A stretch of DNA of 64,000 nt from Candidatus Enterousia sp. (GCA_045654485.1 JAZONN010000023.1:23305-87304); one strand, 5' to 3'; positions 28,183 through 38,135 are shown, numbered from the stretch's first letter. Numbers and translations are program-made. Notes: a model not told the origin generated them from the sequence alone.

Positions 28183-28189
28183 TCAGATT

Positions 28190-28265
28190 TGGCATCCCCA
28201 GCAGGACTTGAACCTGCATCTAATTCTTAGGAGGAACTTGTTCTATCCGGTTGAACTATGGGGAC
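28190..28265 (-). tRNA. tRNA-Arg (anticodon CCU)
   Basis: Minus-strand sequence GTCCCCATAGTTCAACCGGATAGAACAAGTTCCTCCTAAGAATTAGATGCAGGTTCAAGTCCTGCTGGGGATGCCA folds as cloverleaf; anticodon loop CTCCTAA; T-loop TTCAAGT; encoded CCA. Confidence 0.85.
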
Positions 28266-28375
28266 ACAGTGTGCGTTATTGTATATCAAAAAGCACAGAA
28301 TATCAATGTATTTTATATGTATAGTTGACAAAAGTCGCTTGCGTGCTATATGTTATACGGATAAGAGGATATAAA

Positions 28376-30418
28376 ATGGCAAAAAATACAGTATCATATG
28401 AAGCGTTGCTGGTCGATGGGGCTGAATTGACTGGTGTTAAGGTCGATCTGTTTGATTTACCATACGATAAAATGGTAAATGGTGTGCGTTTAATGATAAC
28501 CGAAGACGTTTTTATGAATGCGTCAAAAGGTCAGCAATGGCCTGATTTTACTAATGTTGATATAGTTGGTGGGTTGGATTGTTGTAAATTTAAAATTATG
28601 CCAACTACTGTTTTGCCGGCGACATTTGCATGGCTGGATTGTCAACATGCGATTGGTAGTTTAGATGTCTTGATGGGAAAAATTCCAGAAACCTGTGAAG
28701 AAATACATGTTCGACACGCTTTGTTTAATAATATTAAAAATAACAAAGATGGTGCTTTGGATGAAGCGCGTGCGTTTGTTGAGATGTATCCAGATGTGGA
28801 AGTGTTGGATGGTGATAATAGTTTGGCGGATTTGTTGCGTGAAATAGATAAGAAGCAGGTCGTGGCACAATCCGTTGCAACGGTTGCAGAGGTTAAGCAA
28901 GTTGAAGTTGTAGAGCCAAAAACAGATGAATGGTATAGTGCCGAAGAGTTGATTTCGTTTTGTCGCAGTGCGTCCAAGGAATTGGGTACTTTGTCGGATG
29001 ATGTTTTGGGGCGTTTGGTTCAAACTGCGCGTTCACAGAAGGCGAATTTGAAATTGCGTTCCGCAACAAAAAAACGTGAAGATGGTGCAGATATCGTTTG
29101 TGTGCATCGTGATGACGCAATGCGTGTTGTTGAACATGTTGTCGAATCTGTGGCGGATGTTCAGAAACGGGCAGATGCGAAAAAGAAGGCGTCTAAAAAG
29201 TCGGGTGGTAAAAAGGCGCAAGTAAAAGAGGAAGATGCGGTTGTACCCAAGAAATATTATCATAATGGCACAGAAGTCAAAGTTGCCAAAATTAAAAAAT
29301 ATATTTCTAAATCGACATGGCGTGATTTGTGTGCGCATTGTAATAAAAATGTTGCTGATTTGTTAAAAATCTTGAACGATATTAATGACGTTAATGTTGT
29401 ACCACGGTATTTGGGCAATACGTTGGGTGTAGTGTTGTATGTTAAAGATAATTTGGTTCATTCTGCCCCGACTTTGACATTCAAAGAAGGTAAATGTTTG
29501 TCGCAAAGTTTTGGGACCTTGAATGACAGGCCACGTTTGGTCTGGGGAATTGCGGGTAATGTCTTGGTGGCACAGAAATTGTTCCCAGAACACGAAGGCA
29601 AAAGACGTATGGAATATAATAATTATTGCAGTGGTTTGAAAATTGATTTGAAAACATTGGATTGGTCGAAATATTTGTTGGTGTCGGAATTGATAAAGGA
29701 ACTGTCCGATGGTCGTGGTATAGATGGCGAAGAAGATAATGTGGCAGCAACCGAATTGAACGGCGATGTTGTGGCAGAAGTACCGGTCCAACAGGAATGT
29801 GTTGCGGATGTGTTGCCGTCTGTTCCAAAGATTTCTGATGATGGCAAATCTGATACGTCCGATGATGTTTCGGATGGGAAGCTAGATGATGGTACGGGTG
29901 ATGGTTTGCCACCATCGGGTGGTGATACCGGTGGCGGTACCTGTGAAAAAAGCAGAGCGCGTCGTCCACGTATAGTCCGTACAGTAAGCACTTATGTGCC
30001 GCCACGTAATACAAAAAGACCGTCAACCAATTCCACGGTGTCGGTTGAAGTCGTCGGTATGAACAGGGGGGCGGAACCTGTTGTTAATGTTGCAACCAAA
30101 GGTTTGGGCGCCAAATCAGATGCCGTGATTGATTCGGATATGCAATCAAATGGCGAAGTTGGGGCAAAAGCTGCATGGCAACAAGTATATTCCTTGTCGC
30201 GTGATTATGAAAAACATTTGTTGTCATTGGATGAGCAAAAACGTATGTTGCTGGGGGTAATGGCCAAAGAAACCAAAGCGGGTGTTTTGTTGATGCTGTC
30301 TAAGAAATTGCAAAGAGTTTTGGTGCAAATGAAACGTTGCGAAGATTTAATCGAGGAAATGCAGGATATTAATACAGCGCTGCATAAGTTGTATCAAGGT
30401 ATGCATCGGAAAAGATAA
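28376..30418 (+). CDS. Hypothetical cytoplasmic protein with basic (KKASKKSGGKK) and acidic/Gly-rich (DDGKSDTSDDVSDGKLDDGTGDG…GGDTGGG) low-complexity regions and C-terminal coiled coil
   Basis: ATG 28376 with aagagga RBS and TTGACA-16/17-TATATG promoter at 28325; no signal peptide. Confidence 0.5.
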   Translation: MAKNTVSYEALLVDGAELTGVKVDLFDLPYDKMVNGVRLMITEDVFMNASKGQQWPDFTNVDIVGGLDCCKFKIMPTTVLPATFAWLDCQHAIGSLDVLMGKIPETCEEIHVRHALFNNIKNNKDGALDEARAFVEMYPDVEVLDGDNSLADLLREIDKKQVVAQSVATVAEVKQVEVVEPKTDEWYSAEELISFCRSASKELGTLSDDVLGRLVQTARSQKANLKLRSATKKREDGADIVCVHRDDAMRVVEHVVESVADVQKRADAKKKASKKSGGKKAQVKEEDAVVPKKYYHNGTEVKVAKIKKYISKSTWRDLCAHCNKNVADLLKILNDINDVNVVPRYLGNTLGVVLYVKDNLVHSAPTLTFKEGKCLSQSFGTLNDRPRLVWGIAGNVLVAQKLFPEHEGKRRMEYNNYCSGLKIDLKTLDWSKYLLVSELIKELSDGRGIDGEEDNVAATELNGDVVAEVPVQQECVADVLPSVPKISDDGKSDTSDDVSDGKLDDGTGDGLPPSGGDTGGGTCEKSRARRPRIVRTVSTYVPPRNTKRPSTNSTVSVEVVGMNRGAEPVVNVATKGLGAKSDAVIDSDMQSNGEVGAKAAWQQVYSLSRDYEKHLLSLDEQKRMLLGVMAKETKAGVLLMLSKKLQRVLVQMKRCEDLIEEMQDINTALHKLYQGMHRKR

Positions 30419-30426
30419 TGTGTATA

Positions 30427-30451
30427 AACGGGGGTGACCCCCGTTTTTTTT
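30427..30451 (+). terminator. Intrinsic terminator
   Basis: cggggg-tga-cccccg + T8. Confidence 0.6.
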
Positions 30452-30535
30452 ATGTGCTAAAATTCCGGTGAAAAAATATTGCAAGGTTTCACTTTGACCT
30501 GTATAATGCCAAAGCAAAATTTATGGATTCAGGAA

Positions 30536-31474
30536 ATGGGAAGCAGATTAATTGGATATGGTTCATATTTGCCGGAACGTGTTGTGACAAATGCGGATAT
30601 AGAACGTATGACTGACACAAGTGATGAATGGATTGTGACACGTACGGGTATTCGTCAGCGGCACTTTGCACGTGATGATGAAACGGTGGTTGATATGGCG
30701 ACCATTGCCGCCCAGCGTGCATTAGATAATGCCGGATTGACGATTGATGATATTGATTTGATTATTGTTTCAAATGTGACCGCAGAATTGGATTTTCCAT
30801 CCGTGGCGGTTCAGGTTTCTGGCCGTTTGGGTGCAACAAATAATATGCCCGCATTTGATGTGCGTGGTGCGTGTACTGGATTTATATATGCATTGCATTG
30901 TGCACGTGCGTTTTTTACGGCGGGGATGCATCGTCGGGTTATGTTGATTGGTGCGGAAAAAATGACGCGTTTTGTCGATATGGCGGATAGGTCGACGGCT
31001 GTATTGTTTGGTGATGGTGCCGGTGCAATGATTTTTGAACATTCTACGTCTAGTTATTCGGGAATAATTGATACGGTTATTATGTCCGATGGAAAATCTT
31101 TTGAGTGCTTGCATGGGACGGAAGACCATAGAATTCAGATGAATGGGCCGGAAACATATAAACGTGCCGTTAAATGTATGCCAGATGCGGCAAGATATAT
31201 AATGGAACATGCCGGAATAACGGCGGATAATGTTGACTGGATTGTTCCGCATCAGGCAAATTTGCGTATCATAAACAGTTGTGCGGAAATTTTACAGTTT
31301 CCTTTGGAAAAAATTTTGGTTACTGTGGATAAACATGCGAATACTAGTGGGGCGTCGGGTGTCTTGGCGTTGGCATATGCGCTGGATAGTGGGATTATTA
31401 AACGGGGACAATTAATTTTGTATCCAGCATTTGGAAGCGGCTTGACATGGGGTGCTGCTTTGATAAGAATATAG
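30536..31474 (+). CDS. fabH: 3-oxoacyl-ACP synthase III (KAS III)
   Basis: MGSRLIGYGSYLPERVVTNADIE…; active-site Cys in GACTGF, His/Asn motifs (VPHQANLRII, GNTSGAS). Confidence 0.9.
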   Translation: MGSRLIGYGSYLPERVVTNADIERMTDTSDEWIVTRTGIRQRHFARDDETVVDMATIAAQRALDNAGLTIDDIDLIIVSNVTAELDFPSVAVQVSGRLGATNNMPAFDVRGACTGFIYALHCARAFFTAGMHRRVMLIGAEKMTRFVDMADRSTAVLFGDGAGAMIFEHSTSSYSGIIDTVIMSDGKSFECLHGTEDHRIQMNGPETYKRAVKCMPDAARYIMEHAGITADNVDWIVPHQANLRIINSCAEILQFPLEKILVTVDKHANTSGASGVLALAYALDSGIIKRGQLILYPAFGSGLTWGAALIRI

Positions 31475-31502
31475 ATAAATAAAATAGATATGGGGGTATA
31501 AA

Positions 31503-31793
31503 ATGGCAACGGTTACAAGAAGTGATTTTGCAAATAGATTGCGTGAACGTTTCGGGTTAACGACGGCGGATGCGTATAAAATGGTTGATGTTGTGTTTGA
31601 TGAAATTCGTGATGCTTTGGCAAATGGGGAAGAGGTTAAGTTTGCCGGTTTTGGCAGTTTTAAAATTTTGGAAAAGAATGCACGTATGGGACGAAATCCA
31701 AAAACAGGTGAAAGTGCATTGATTTCTGCGCGTCGTGTTGCGACATTTCGTCCAAGTAATGAATTTCGTGAAAGGGTTGCAAAAAAACAATAA
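31503..31793 (+). CDS. ihfA: HU/IHF-family DNA-binding protein, IHF-alpha-like
   Basis: …GFGSFKILEKNARMGRNPKTGESALISARRVATFRPS… matches IHF-alpha arm; position immediately after fabH as in alphaproteobacteria. Confidence 0.8.
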   Translation: MATVTRSDFANRLRERFGLTTADAYKMVDVVFDEIRDALANGEEVKFAGFGSFKILEKNARMGRNPKTGESALISARRVATFRPSNEFRERVAKKQ

Positions 31794-31818
31794 AAAATGC
31801 CCGATTGGGCATTTTTTA
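31794..31818. terminator. Bidirectional intrinsic terminator
   Basis: atgccc-gatt-gggcat + T6. Confidence 0.55.
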
Positions 31819-32070
31819 TTGATGTGTCATTGGTTTTTCACGCATGTGGCATTGTTGGTCACACATTTGACCAAAATCACCCATGCTGGTGTTTGTGCTG
31901 TTTAATATGCTTATAATGCTGCGAAATGATGGATAGTGGCCATTGACTCGTTTTGATTTGTTAAATACTGTGGCATCCAATCCGGATATAATTGCCAATC
32001 GTGATGTGGATATTTTTTTACTATGTGCTAATTCGTCGATTACACACCATACGTCTTCGTGGTTTAGCAT
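31816..32070 (-). CDS. Small helix-turn-helix-like protein (putative transcriptional regulator)
   Basis: 84 aa; VWCVIDELAHSKKISTSRLAIISGLDATVFNKSKR resembles Cro/CI-type HTH. Confidence 0.35.
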   Translation of the reverse strand: MLNHEDVWCVIDELAHSKKISTSRLAIISGLDATVFNKSKRVNGHYPSFRSIISILNSTNTSMGDFGQMCDQQCHMREKPMTHQ

Positions 32071-32408
32071 GTTGTGGGCCTCCTATTAAATTTGTGTGTT
32101 TTGTACGTTGTTATATTATGCATAAAATCCTATTGTTGTGCAAGCGCAAATATTAGGATAAAAATCCGAAATCGCCTTAAAAACCTATGCTTTATTCGTG
32201 TAATAGTAGAATATCTTTGTTGTGTCGTGTGTAATAAGCGAATCGGTAAATAGCTTTTGTTTGACCGGTGTTTGTAAAATTATTGTGTTGGATTGTTTAA
32301 AAAATTTAATGTTTTTAATCAATATATTTATCGATTGAATTATTATAGCAATATTAGTTGTTGTGGGAGGGTGGTTGACAATAAATTTGTTTGTGTTATG
32401 TTTGCTGT

Positions 32409-33578
32409 ATGACAGATAAAGATGAAGTAATTTTGATGTCCGCAGGTAATAATACGGATAAGCGCAGTTTTGCCCAACGTTTTCGTGAACGCTTGGTGTA
32501 TCCTTTTCATAAAAAACGTTTTTATGCCCAATGGGAAAATGCGCCAATGGAGATGCGTTTTCGTTTGACAAACAAATGTAATGAAAACTGTATGCGCTGT
32601 TTTGAATGTTCGGGGCCTGATAATCCGTTAAATATTGTTCCGGATGATGATATTTCGTTTTATGTCAACGGTGGTGCGAATGTGTTTTCCGGTCTGTATA
32701 TGACGGGTGGTGAATGGTCTTTGATATATGATGTGCATCCGCACTATTTACGTGAAATATTTGATAAATTGAATTTTGCAAAGTCCAAAGAATACGTGAT
32801 ACAAACGAATGCACGATGGATAAATGGGGTGCATAGTAATGAAATTCTTGGTGATATAAAATACATTCAATCTAAACTAAAGTTGCAAAAACGGTTATTG
32901 AAGTTGGATATGTCTGTGGACAGATATCGTAGTGATAAAAGTATTGAATGTGTACGAGATGTTATTTGTGCGATTGCGTCCGACAGAAAATTTGATAATA
33001 CTAAAATTCGTCTGATGTCGTGTGCGTTGGATGCCAAAATGGCAAATGAACGGGTTTTAATTCCGGAATTTTTTGCTAAACATGGTATAGAATTGAAATT
33101 TGAAAATCGATCATGGATTAATCCTTATTCCCAAGTATGTTATGCAAATAATATACGTATTGTAATTCATGAAGAAGGCCCCACAATGTGTATTGGGCGT
33201 GCAAAACAAAATAACATAGGTTATAAAATTTATTACCCGCAATTACAGTGTGGCGGTTTGCAACCGGAACGTACTTTGATGGAATTGTCGTTGCGTGAAG
33301 ATGGTATGATAAAATGGCATAATTGGTACGATTGGGGTATTATGGTGCCGTATAAAGATAAAGACGGACAATATAAGCCGTTATCACAAATTCGTGCAGA
33401 ATTGGTTGATATGGTGTGGGCACGGCTGTTGCGTTATAATATAAAAAATGCTTTTTTGAATTTATTGCCAATATATGGTGCAATTCGCCAAATTTATATC
33501 GCTAAGCAAATCAAAAAAACGTATGAAGAAAACATAAAGCAGTTTGTGTATCATGCTACCCCGATAAAAGAGTTGTAA
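32409..33578 (+). CDS. Radical SAM domain protein (orphan)
   Basis: CxxxCxxC motif CNENCMRC near N-terminus; start uncertain (32409 or 32436), no clear RBS, possibly leaderless from TTGACA-16-TATGTT at 32375. Confidence 0.5.
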   Translation: MTDKDEVILMSAGNNTDKRSFAQRFRERLVYPFHKKRFYAQWENAPMEMRFRLTNKCNENCMRCFECSGPDNPLNIVPDDDISFYVNGGANVFSGLYMTGGEWSLIYDVHPHYLREIFDKLNFAKSKEYVIQTNARWINGVHSNEILGDIKYIQSKLKLQKRLLKLDMSVDRYRSDKSIECVRDVICAIASDRKFDNTKIRLMSCALDAKMANERVLIPEFFAKHGIELKFENRSWINPYSQVCYANNIRIVIHEEGPTMCIGRAKQNNIGYKIYYPQLQCGGLQPERTLMELSLREDGMIKWHNWYDWGIMVPYKDKDGQYKPLSQIRAELVDMVWARLLRYNIKNAFLNLLPIYGAIRQIYIAKQIKKTYEENIKQFVYHATPIKEL

Positions 33579-33602
33579 TTGTTTGTATTTATGCATGTTG
33601 AT

Positions 33603-33661
33603 CAGACCAAAATAAAAATCCCCAAAAAGGGGATTTTAATTCTGGTGGCCCTGGTCGGACT
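33603..33661. repeat. 59-bp direct repeat copy A (duplicate of tRNA-Leu 3'-terminal 19 nt plus downstream terminator hairpin)
   Basis: cagaccaaaataaaaatccccaaaaaggggattttaattctggtggccctggtcggact identical to 33822-33880. Confidence 0.85.
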
Positions 33662-33821
33662 GTATAATTCCCTCGGCATGAATGCCTGCGGGGCAACCGT
33701 GACGATTTCGCGGTACGATGTTTGCGAAATCTACTTGTTGTCCCATTGGGTATATGTTGTTGGTTGGGCCCCTTTCACTTCGCATACGCTACGTTCCGAA
33801 CCGGTCGGTTCTTCGTCCAAC

Positions 33822-33880
33822 CAGACCAAAATAAAAATCCCCAAAAAGGGGATTTTAATTCTGGTGGCCCTGGTCGGACT
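33822..33880. repeat. 59-bp direct repeat copy B (overlaps authentic 3' end of tRNA-Leu and its terminator)
   Basis: identical to 33603-33661; contains terminator aaaatcccc-aaaaa-ggggatttt. Confidence 0.85.
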
Positions 33881-33946
33881 CGAACCGACACTCCTTGCAG
33901 AACTTGATTTTGAGTCAAGCGCGTCTACCAATTCCGCCACGGGGCC
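33862..33946 (-). tRNA. tRNA-Leu (anticodon CAA), class II with long variable arm
   Basis: Minus strand GGCCCCGTGGCGGAATTGGTAGACGCGCTTGACTCAAAATCAAG…GTCGGTTCGAGTCCGACCAGGGCCACCA; anticodon loop CTCAAAA; one C-A mismatch in acceptor stem; encoded CCA. Confidence 0.8.
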
Positions 33947-33963
33947 GTGGCATTGAAAACCAA

Positions 33964-34332
33964 TTATGCGGCTTTCTTTGCTTCAACTTTTTTGACCAAG
34001 CGTGCGCTGCGGTTTGCTTTGTGTGCAGGTTTTTTCGCAGGTGCTTCTGGTTTCCCAGCTTTCTTTTCAATGGCTTTTTTAATTGCAGCCATTTCTTCGG
34101 TCAAACGTGATACAGGTTTTGACATTACATATGCGTCCAAACCACCGTGTTTGGTCAATGTACGCAGACCAGCGGTTGAAATGCGCAATGAAAAATCACG
34201 TCCCAAAATATCACTGTGGAACTTTAATGTTTGTAGATTTGGCAAGAACGTACGTTTTGTACGACGATGAGAGTGGGATACGTTCATCCCAACTTCTGTT
34301 TTCTTACCTGTAACTTTACATACACGTGGCAT
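33964..34332 (-). CDS. rpmB: 50S ribosomal protein L28 with long K/A-rich C-terminal extension
   Basis: MPRVCKVTGKKTEVGMNVSHSHRRTKRTFLPNLQ… typical L28; aaagg RBS; extension …KKAGKPEAPAKKPAHKANRSARLVKKVEAKKAA. Confidence 0.85.
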   Translation of the reverse strand: MPRVCKVTGKKTEVGMNVSHSHRRTKRTFLPNLQTLKFHSDILGRDFSLRISTAGLRTLTKHGGLDAYVMSKPVSRLTEEMAAIKKAIEKKAGKPEAPAKKPAHKANRSARLVKKVEAKKAA

Positions 34333-34417
34333 AATAGTTTTACCTTTATTAATAGCGAACGCTAATTTATAACAAAAATATATAAAAGTCAAGCATTGTT
34401 TTTATATTTTTTGTTTT

Positions 34418-35845
34418 TTAATTTTTATGCGATGGTTTTATCAGGTCTGATATGACTTTGACCGGTGTAAATGTGGTTAATGGCGTTTCCACAAATACGG
34501 TGTTCCAATTAGCCATTGCGCCATTCCACAGACCGGGACGTTCCATTGCGCGCAGTGGGCGGCCACCGCTGCTTTTTTTGGAAATAAAGCCCGCGCGTTC
34601 GTCGATAAAGTTTAATAAATTAAAACGGTTTCCCATATAATCGCGTGGCATACATACTATGTCTGTGGGGCTGAAAAATTCGCCACGTTTTAATATGTCT
34701 ATGTTGTCGGGGGCAATTTGTGCGGGTTCTACGATTTGCAATCCCAACAATCCATTTTTGTCGCGTACCCAAAATGGGCCACCGCCCGGTTCGCCGGTGT
34801 TTTTAATGATGCCACATATGCGTAGTGGTCGATTAAGAATGTCACGGACATTTGTGTCAGCGTTTGTTTTTATGCCCAATGTGGTATCGATGAAGTTGCG
34901 AATTTCGTTTGTGTCCGCCGTGTCATTGTCCAGCGCACGCATGTAATCAAAAATTTGCGTTTGGATTTGCATTGCCAATCCCGCCAAGGCGCGTTTGTGA
35001 TAAATCGTGTCTGCACGTGCCGATTCGGGGCATACGTTATCGATGTTTTTGATAAATATAATATCTGCATCAATATTGTTCAGGTTTGCAATTAATGCGC
35101 CGTGACCTGCGGGACGGAATAATAATTTGCCGTCATCTGTTCTGAAGGGGGTGTTGTCCAAATTCACCGCGATTGTATCGGTCGATGGCTGTTGCGTGGA
35201 CATTGTGATATTGTATTTTACCGATAAAGCCGATTCGTATTGTGGGATAATTTCGGCCAAATGCGTGTTAAATCCATCTATGTGTTCGGGTGATACGGTA
35301 AAGTGTATATTGACCATGTCATTGGATTTTGCGTATTGTGCGCCTTCGATTAAATGTTCGGCCAATGCGGTACGGTTAAAGCCGTCGTATTTGTGGAATT
35401 GTAATAATGCTTTTGGCAGGTTGCCATAGTTTATACCGGCGTCCGTTACCAAGTGTTTGATTATATCCATGTTTGATGGGTTTTCGGGCAGGGTGGCACG
35501 CAAATCATCGTAAAATGCGAATTGTTCCAGATTTTCCAATACCAATTGGGTGGTTTTATTCATTTCGCCGGTTGTCATATATTCAAACAGGTCTTTGAAC
35601 ATTCGTGTGGCCGCGCCGGATGCGGGGACGAACTTTACAATATTGTATTTGTCTTGATTGCGTGTGTAATGTTCAACCCAGTTGTTGTCCAACATAGGTC
35701 TGATGCCGTGGTTGATTGTGGCGGCGGATTCTATGTCAGAATATGGAAAGCCGGTTTCAAAATCGCGCAGTTGACGATTTACAATGTCCAAGGTTAATTC
35801 GTGATTTTCAATTTGTTTGATATCAGATTCAGAAAAGTATGACAT
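34418..35845 (-). CDS. Conserved hypothetical protein (about 475 aa, possibly DUF4301-like)
   Basis: aaagga RBS; no catalytic motif recognised with confidence. Confidence 0.45.
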   Translation of the reverse strand: MSYFSESDIKQIENHELTLDIVNRQLRDFETGFPYSDIESAATINHGIRPMLDNNWVEHYTRNQDKYNIVKFVPASGAATRMFKDLFEYMTTGEMNKTTQLVLENLEQFAFYDDLRATLPENPSNMDIIKHLVTDAGINYGNLPKALLQFHKYDGFNRTALAEHLIEGAQYAKSNDMVNIHFTVSPEHIDGFNTHLAEIIPQYESALSVKYNITMSTQQPSTDTIAVNLDNTPFRTDDGKLLFRPAGHGALIANLNNIDADIIFIKNIDNVCPESARADTIYHKRALAGLAMQIQTQIFDYMRALDNDTADTNEIRNFIDTTLGIKTNADTNVRDILNRPLRICGIIKNTGEPGGGPFWVRDKNGLLGLQIVEPAQIAPDNIDILKRGEFFSPTDIVCMPRDYMGNRFNLLNFIDERAGFISKKSSGGRPLRAMERPGLWNGAMANWNTVFVETPLTTFTPVKVISDLIKPSHKN

Positions 35846-35934
35846 GGGAAAATCCTTTGGTATATGTCACTTGGTTTTATCTTATTATAATTTAGACGGC
35901 ACTGCAAGGAATCCTTTGGTATTCGTTCCTGTGT

Positions 35935-35963
35935 CTTGAAAGGCGGGTTTGTGGCACTATATA
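35935..35963 (+). promoter_or_regulatory. RpoH (sigma32)-type heat-shock promoter CTTG-N18-CTATATA upstream of clpB
   Basis: CTTG 35935-35938, 18-nt spacer, CTATATA 35957-35963; fits alphaproteobacterial sigma32 consensus CTTG-N17-18-CYTATNT. Confidence 0.4.
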
Positions 35964-35996
35964 TAGGTAAAAGTGAAAATTTAAGGAGTGTCAGAA

Positions 35997-38054
35997 ATGA
36001 ATCCAGATGATTTACAAGAAACGCCACAACAGGCAATTGAAAAATATACGACTGATTTTACCAAGTTGGCCGCCGATGGAAAATTAGATCCGGTTATTGG
36101 TCGTGATGAAGAAATTCGTCGCGCAATTCAGGTGTTAAGTCGTCGTACAAAAAATAACCCCGTGTTAATCGGTAATCCGGGGGTTGGTAAAACGGCTATT
36201 GTCGAAGGTTTGGCGAATCGGATTATATCGGGGGATGTGCCGGAAAACTTGTTGAAAAAGCAATTGTTGTCTTTGGATATGGGGGCATTGATGGCGGGGG
36301 CGTCTTTCCGTGGCCAATTCGAAGGACGATTAAAGGCGATTTTAAAGGCCGTCAAAGATGCAGACGGTAAAATTGTTCTGTTTATTGATGAATTGCATAC
36401 TTTGGTTGGTGCCGGTAAAGGCGAAGGCAGTATGGATGCCGCCAATTTGTTAAAACCGATGTTGGCGCGTGGCGAATTGCATTGCTTGGGTGCGACTACG
36501 TTGGATGAATATCGTCAATATATTGAAAAAGATCCTGCGCTGGCGCGTCGTTTTCAGCCCGTTTATGTTGATGAGCCGACAGTTGATGATACCGTTTCGA
36601 TTTTGCGTGGATTAAAAGAAAAATACGAAGGTCACCATGGTGTGCGAATCGCGGATGCGGCGTTGGTGACGGCGGTAAAGTTGTCTAACCGTTATATTAC
36701 AGACAGATTTTTGCCCGATAAAGCAATTGATTTGATTGATGAAGCGGCGGCGCGTGTGCGCATTGAAATTGCATCAAAGCCAGAACGTTTGGATGAAGTC
36801 GACAGGCATTTAATGCAATTGAAAATAGAACAACAGGCATTGAAAAAAGAAAAAGATGATGAATCCAAAAAACGCTTAAAAGATTTGGAAAATATTATCG
36901 CCGGTGTTGAAGCAGAATCAAAAAAGTTAACCGCCGATTGGCAGGCAGAACAGCAAAAAATGCGTGGACTGTCCGATGCAATGGCGGCATTGGATGCGGC
37001 CAAGGCGGAAGTTGCAACTGCTATGCGAAATGGTGATTACGAAAAGGCGTCTGCATTGCAATATGGTAAAATTCCACAATTGGAAGATGATATTCGTGCT
37101 ATGAACGAAAACGCGCGTGAATATAAAACGGTGTTGCCGGAACATATTGCCGCAGTTGTTAGTAAATGGACAGGCGTGCCCGCCGACCGATTGAACGCAG
37201 AAGAGCAATCAAAATTGTTGAATATAGAAGATGCGTTGCGTAAACGTGTTGTTGGCCAAGATAATGCATTGGGTGTGGTGGCGCGTGCAATTCGTCGTTC
37301 CCGTGCGGGGTTAAGTGATCCACGTCGCCCATCGGGCAGTTTTATGTTCTTGGGGCCAACCGGTGTTGGTAAAACCGAAGTGGCCAAAGCGTTGGCGGAA
37401 TATCTGTTCAATGATGATATGGCAATGACACGAATTGATATGAGTGAATATATGGAACCGCATTCTGTATCCCGTTTAATCGGCAGTCCCCCGGGGTATG
37501 TCGGATATGAACAGGGCGGGGTGTTAACCGAATCTGTTCGTCGTCGGCCATATCAAGTATTGTTGTTCGATGAAATCGAAAAGGCGAATCCGGATATATT
37601 CAATGTCTTTTTGCAGATATTGGATGATGGGCGTTTGACAGATGGCCAAGGTCATGTGGTGAACTTTACGAACACTATCATTATCATGACCAGTAATTTG
37701 CCCGATATGGATGCGGTAAAGAAACATTTCAGACCCGAATTTATTAATCGTGTTGATGATATTGTGTTCTTTAACCCGTTGGGCAAGGATGTTATGGCCG
37801 ATATAGTCAAGATTCAATTGGCCGGTTTGAAAAAACGTCTGGCGGAACGTCGTATCGGTATCAATATAACGGATAAAGCCATTAAATGGTTGGGGGATAA
37901 TGGCTATGATGCTGTATTTGGCGCGCGCCCATTGAAACGCTTAATCACAACCGCCGTAGAAGATAAAGTTGCAGATTTGATTTTGTCTGATGGCGTTGGT
38001 GAAGGTGGGACGGTATATGTTGATGTCAAAGGTAAAGAGTTGACCGTTGGATAA
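35997..38054 (+). CDS. clpB: Chaperone ClpB (disaggregase)
   Basis: ATG 35997 with aaggag RBS; two AAA+ modules ([16 protein letters not shown]), middle coiled-coil domain, sensor motifs. Confidence 0.95.
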   Translation: MNPDDLQETPQQAIEKYTTDFTKLAADGKLDPVIGRDEEIRRAIQVLSRRTKNNPVLIGNPGVGKTAIVEGLANRIISGDVPENLLKKQLLSLDMGALMAGASFRGQFEGRLKAILKAVKDADGKIVLFIDELHTLVGAGKGEGSMDAANLLKPMLARGELHCLGATTLDEYRQYIEKDPALARRFQPVYVDEPTVDDTVSILRGLKEKYEGHHGVRIADAALVTAVKLSNRYITDRFLPDKAIDLIDEAAARVRIEIASKPERLDEVDRHLMQLKIEQQALKKEKDDESKKRLKDLENIIAGVEAESKKLTADWQAEQQKMRGLSDAMAALDAAKAEVATAMRNGDYEKASALQYGKIPQLEDDIRAMNENAREYKTVLPEHIAAVVSKWTGVPADRLNAEEQSKLLNIEDALRKRVVGQDNALGVVARAIRRSRAGLSDPRRPSGSFMFLGPTGVGKTEVAKALAEYLFNDDMAMTRIDMSEYMEPHSVSRLIGSPPGYVGYEQGGVLTESVRRRPYQVLLFDEIEKANPDIFNVFLQILDDGRLTDGQGHVVNFTNTIIIMTSNLPDMDAVKKHFRPEFINRVDDIVFFNPLGKDVMADIVKIQLAGLKKRLAERRIGINITDKAIKWLGDNGYDAVFGARPLKRLITTAVEDKVADLILSDGVGEGGTVYVDVKGKELTVG

Positions 38055-38056
38055 TA

Positions 38057-38086
38057 AAAAATGTCGCCAAATGGCGACATTTTTTG
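38057..38086 (+). terminator. Intrinsic terminator (tgtcgcc-aaat-ggcgaca + T5); same hairpin family as 41351-41378
   Basis: read directly. Confidence 0.6.
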
Positions 38087-38135
38087 TGCGTTGTGTTTTA
38101 TTGAAAACAATGTTGTAGAAATAAATATAGTTGTG

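Noticed and set aside
33579-33956. 125-aa plus-strand ORF spanning both 59-bp repeats and the tRNA-Leu gene
   Set aside because: It runs antisense through a tRNA and terminator hairpins, has no RBS, and reflects the repeated sequence (the repeated IKIPKKGILILVALVGL peptide).
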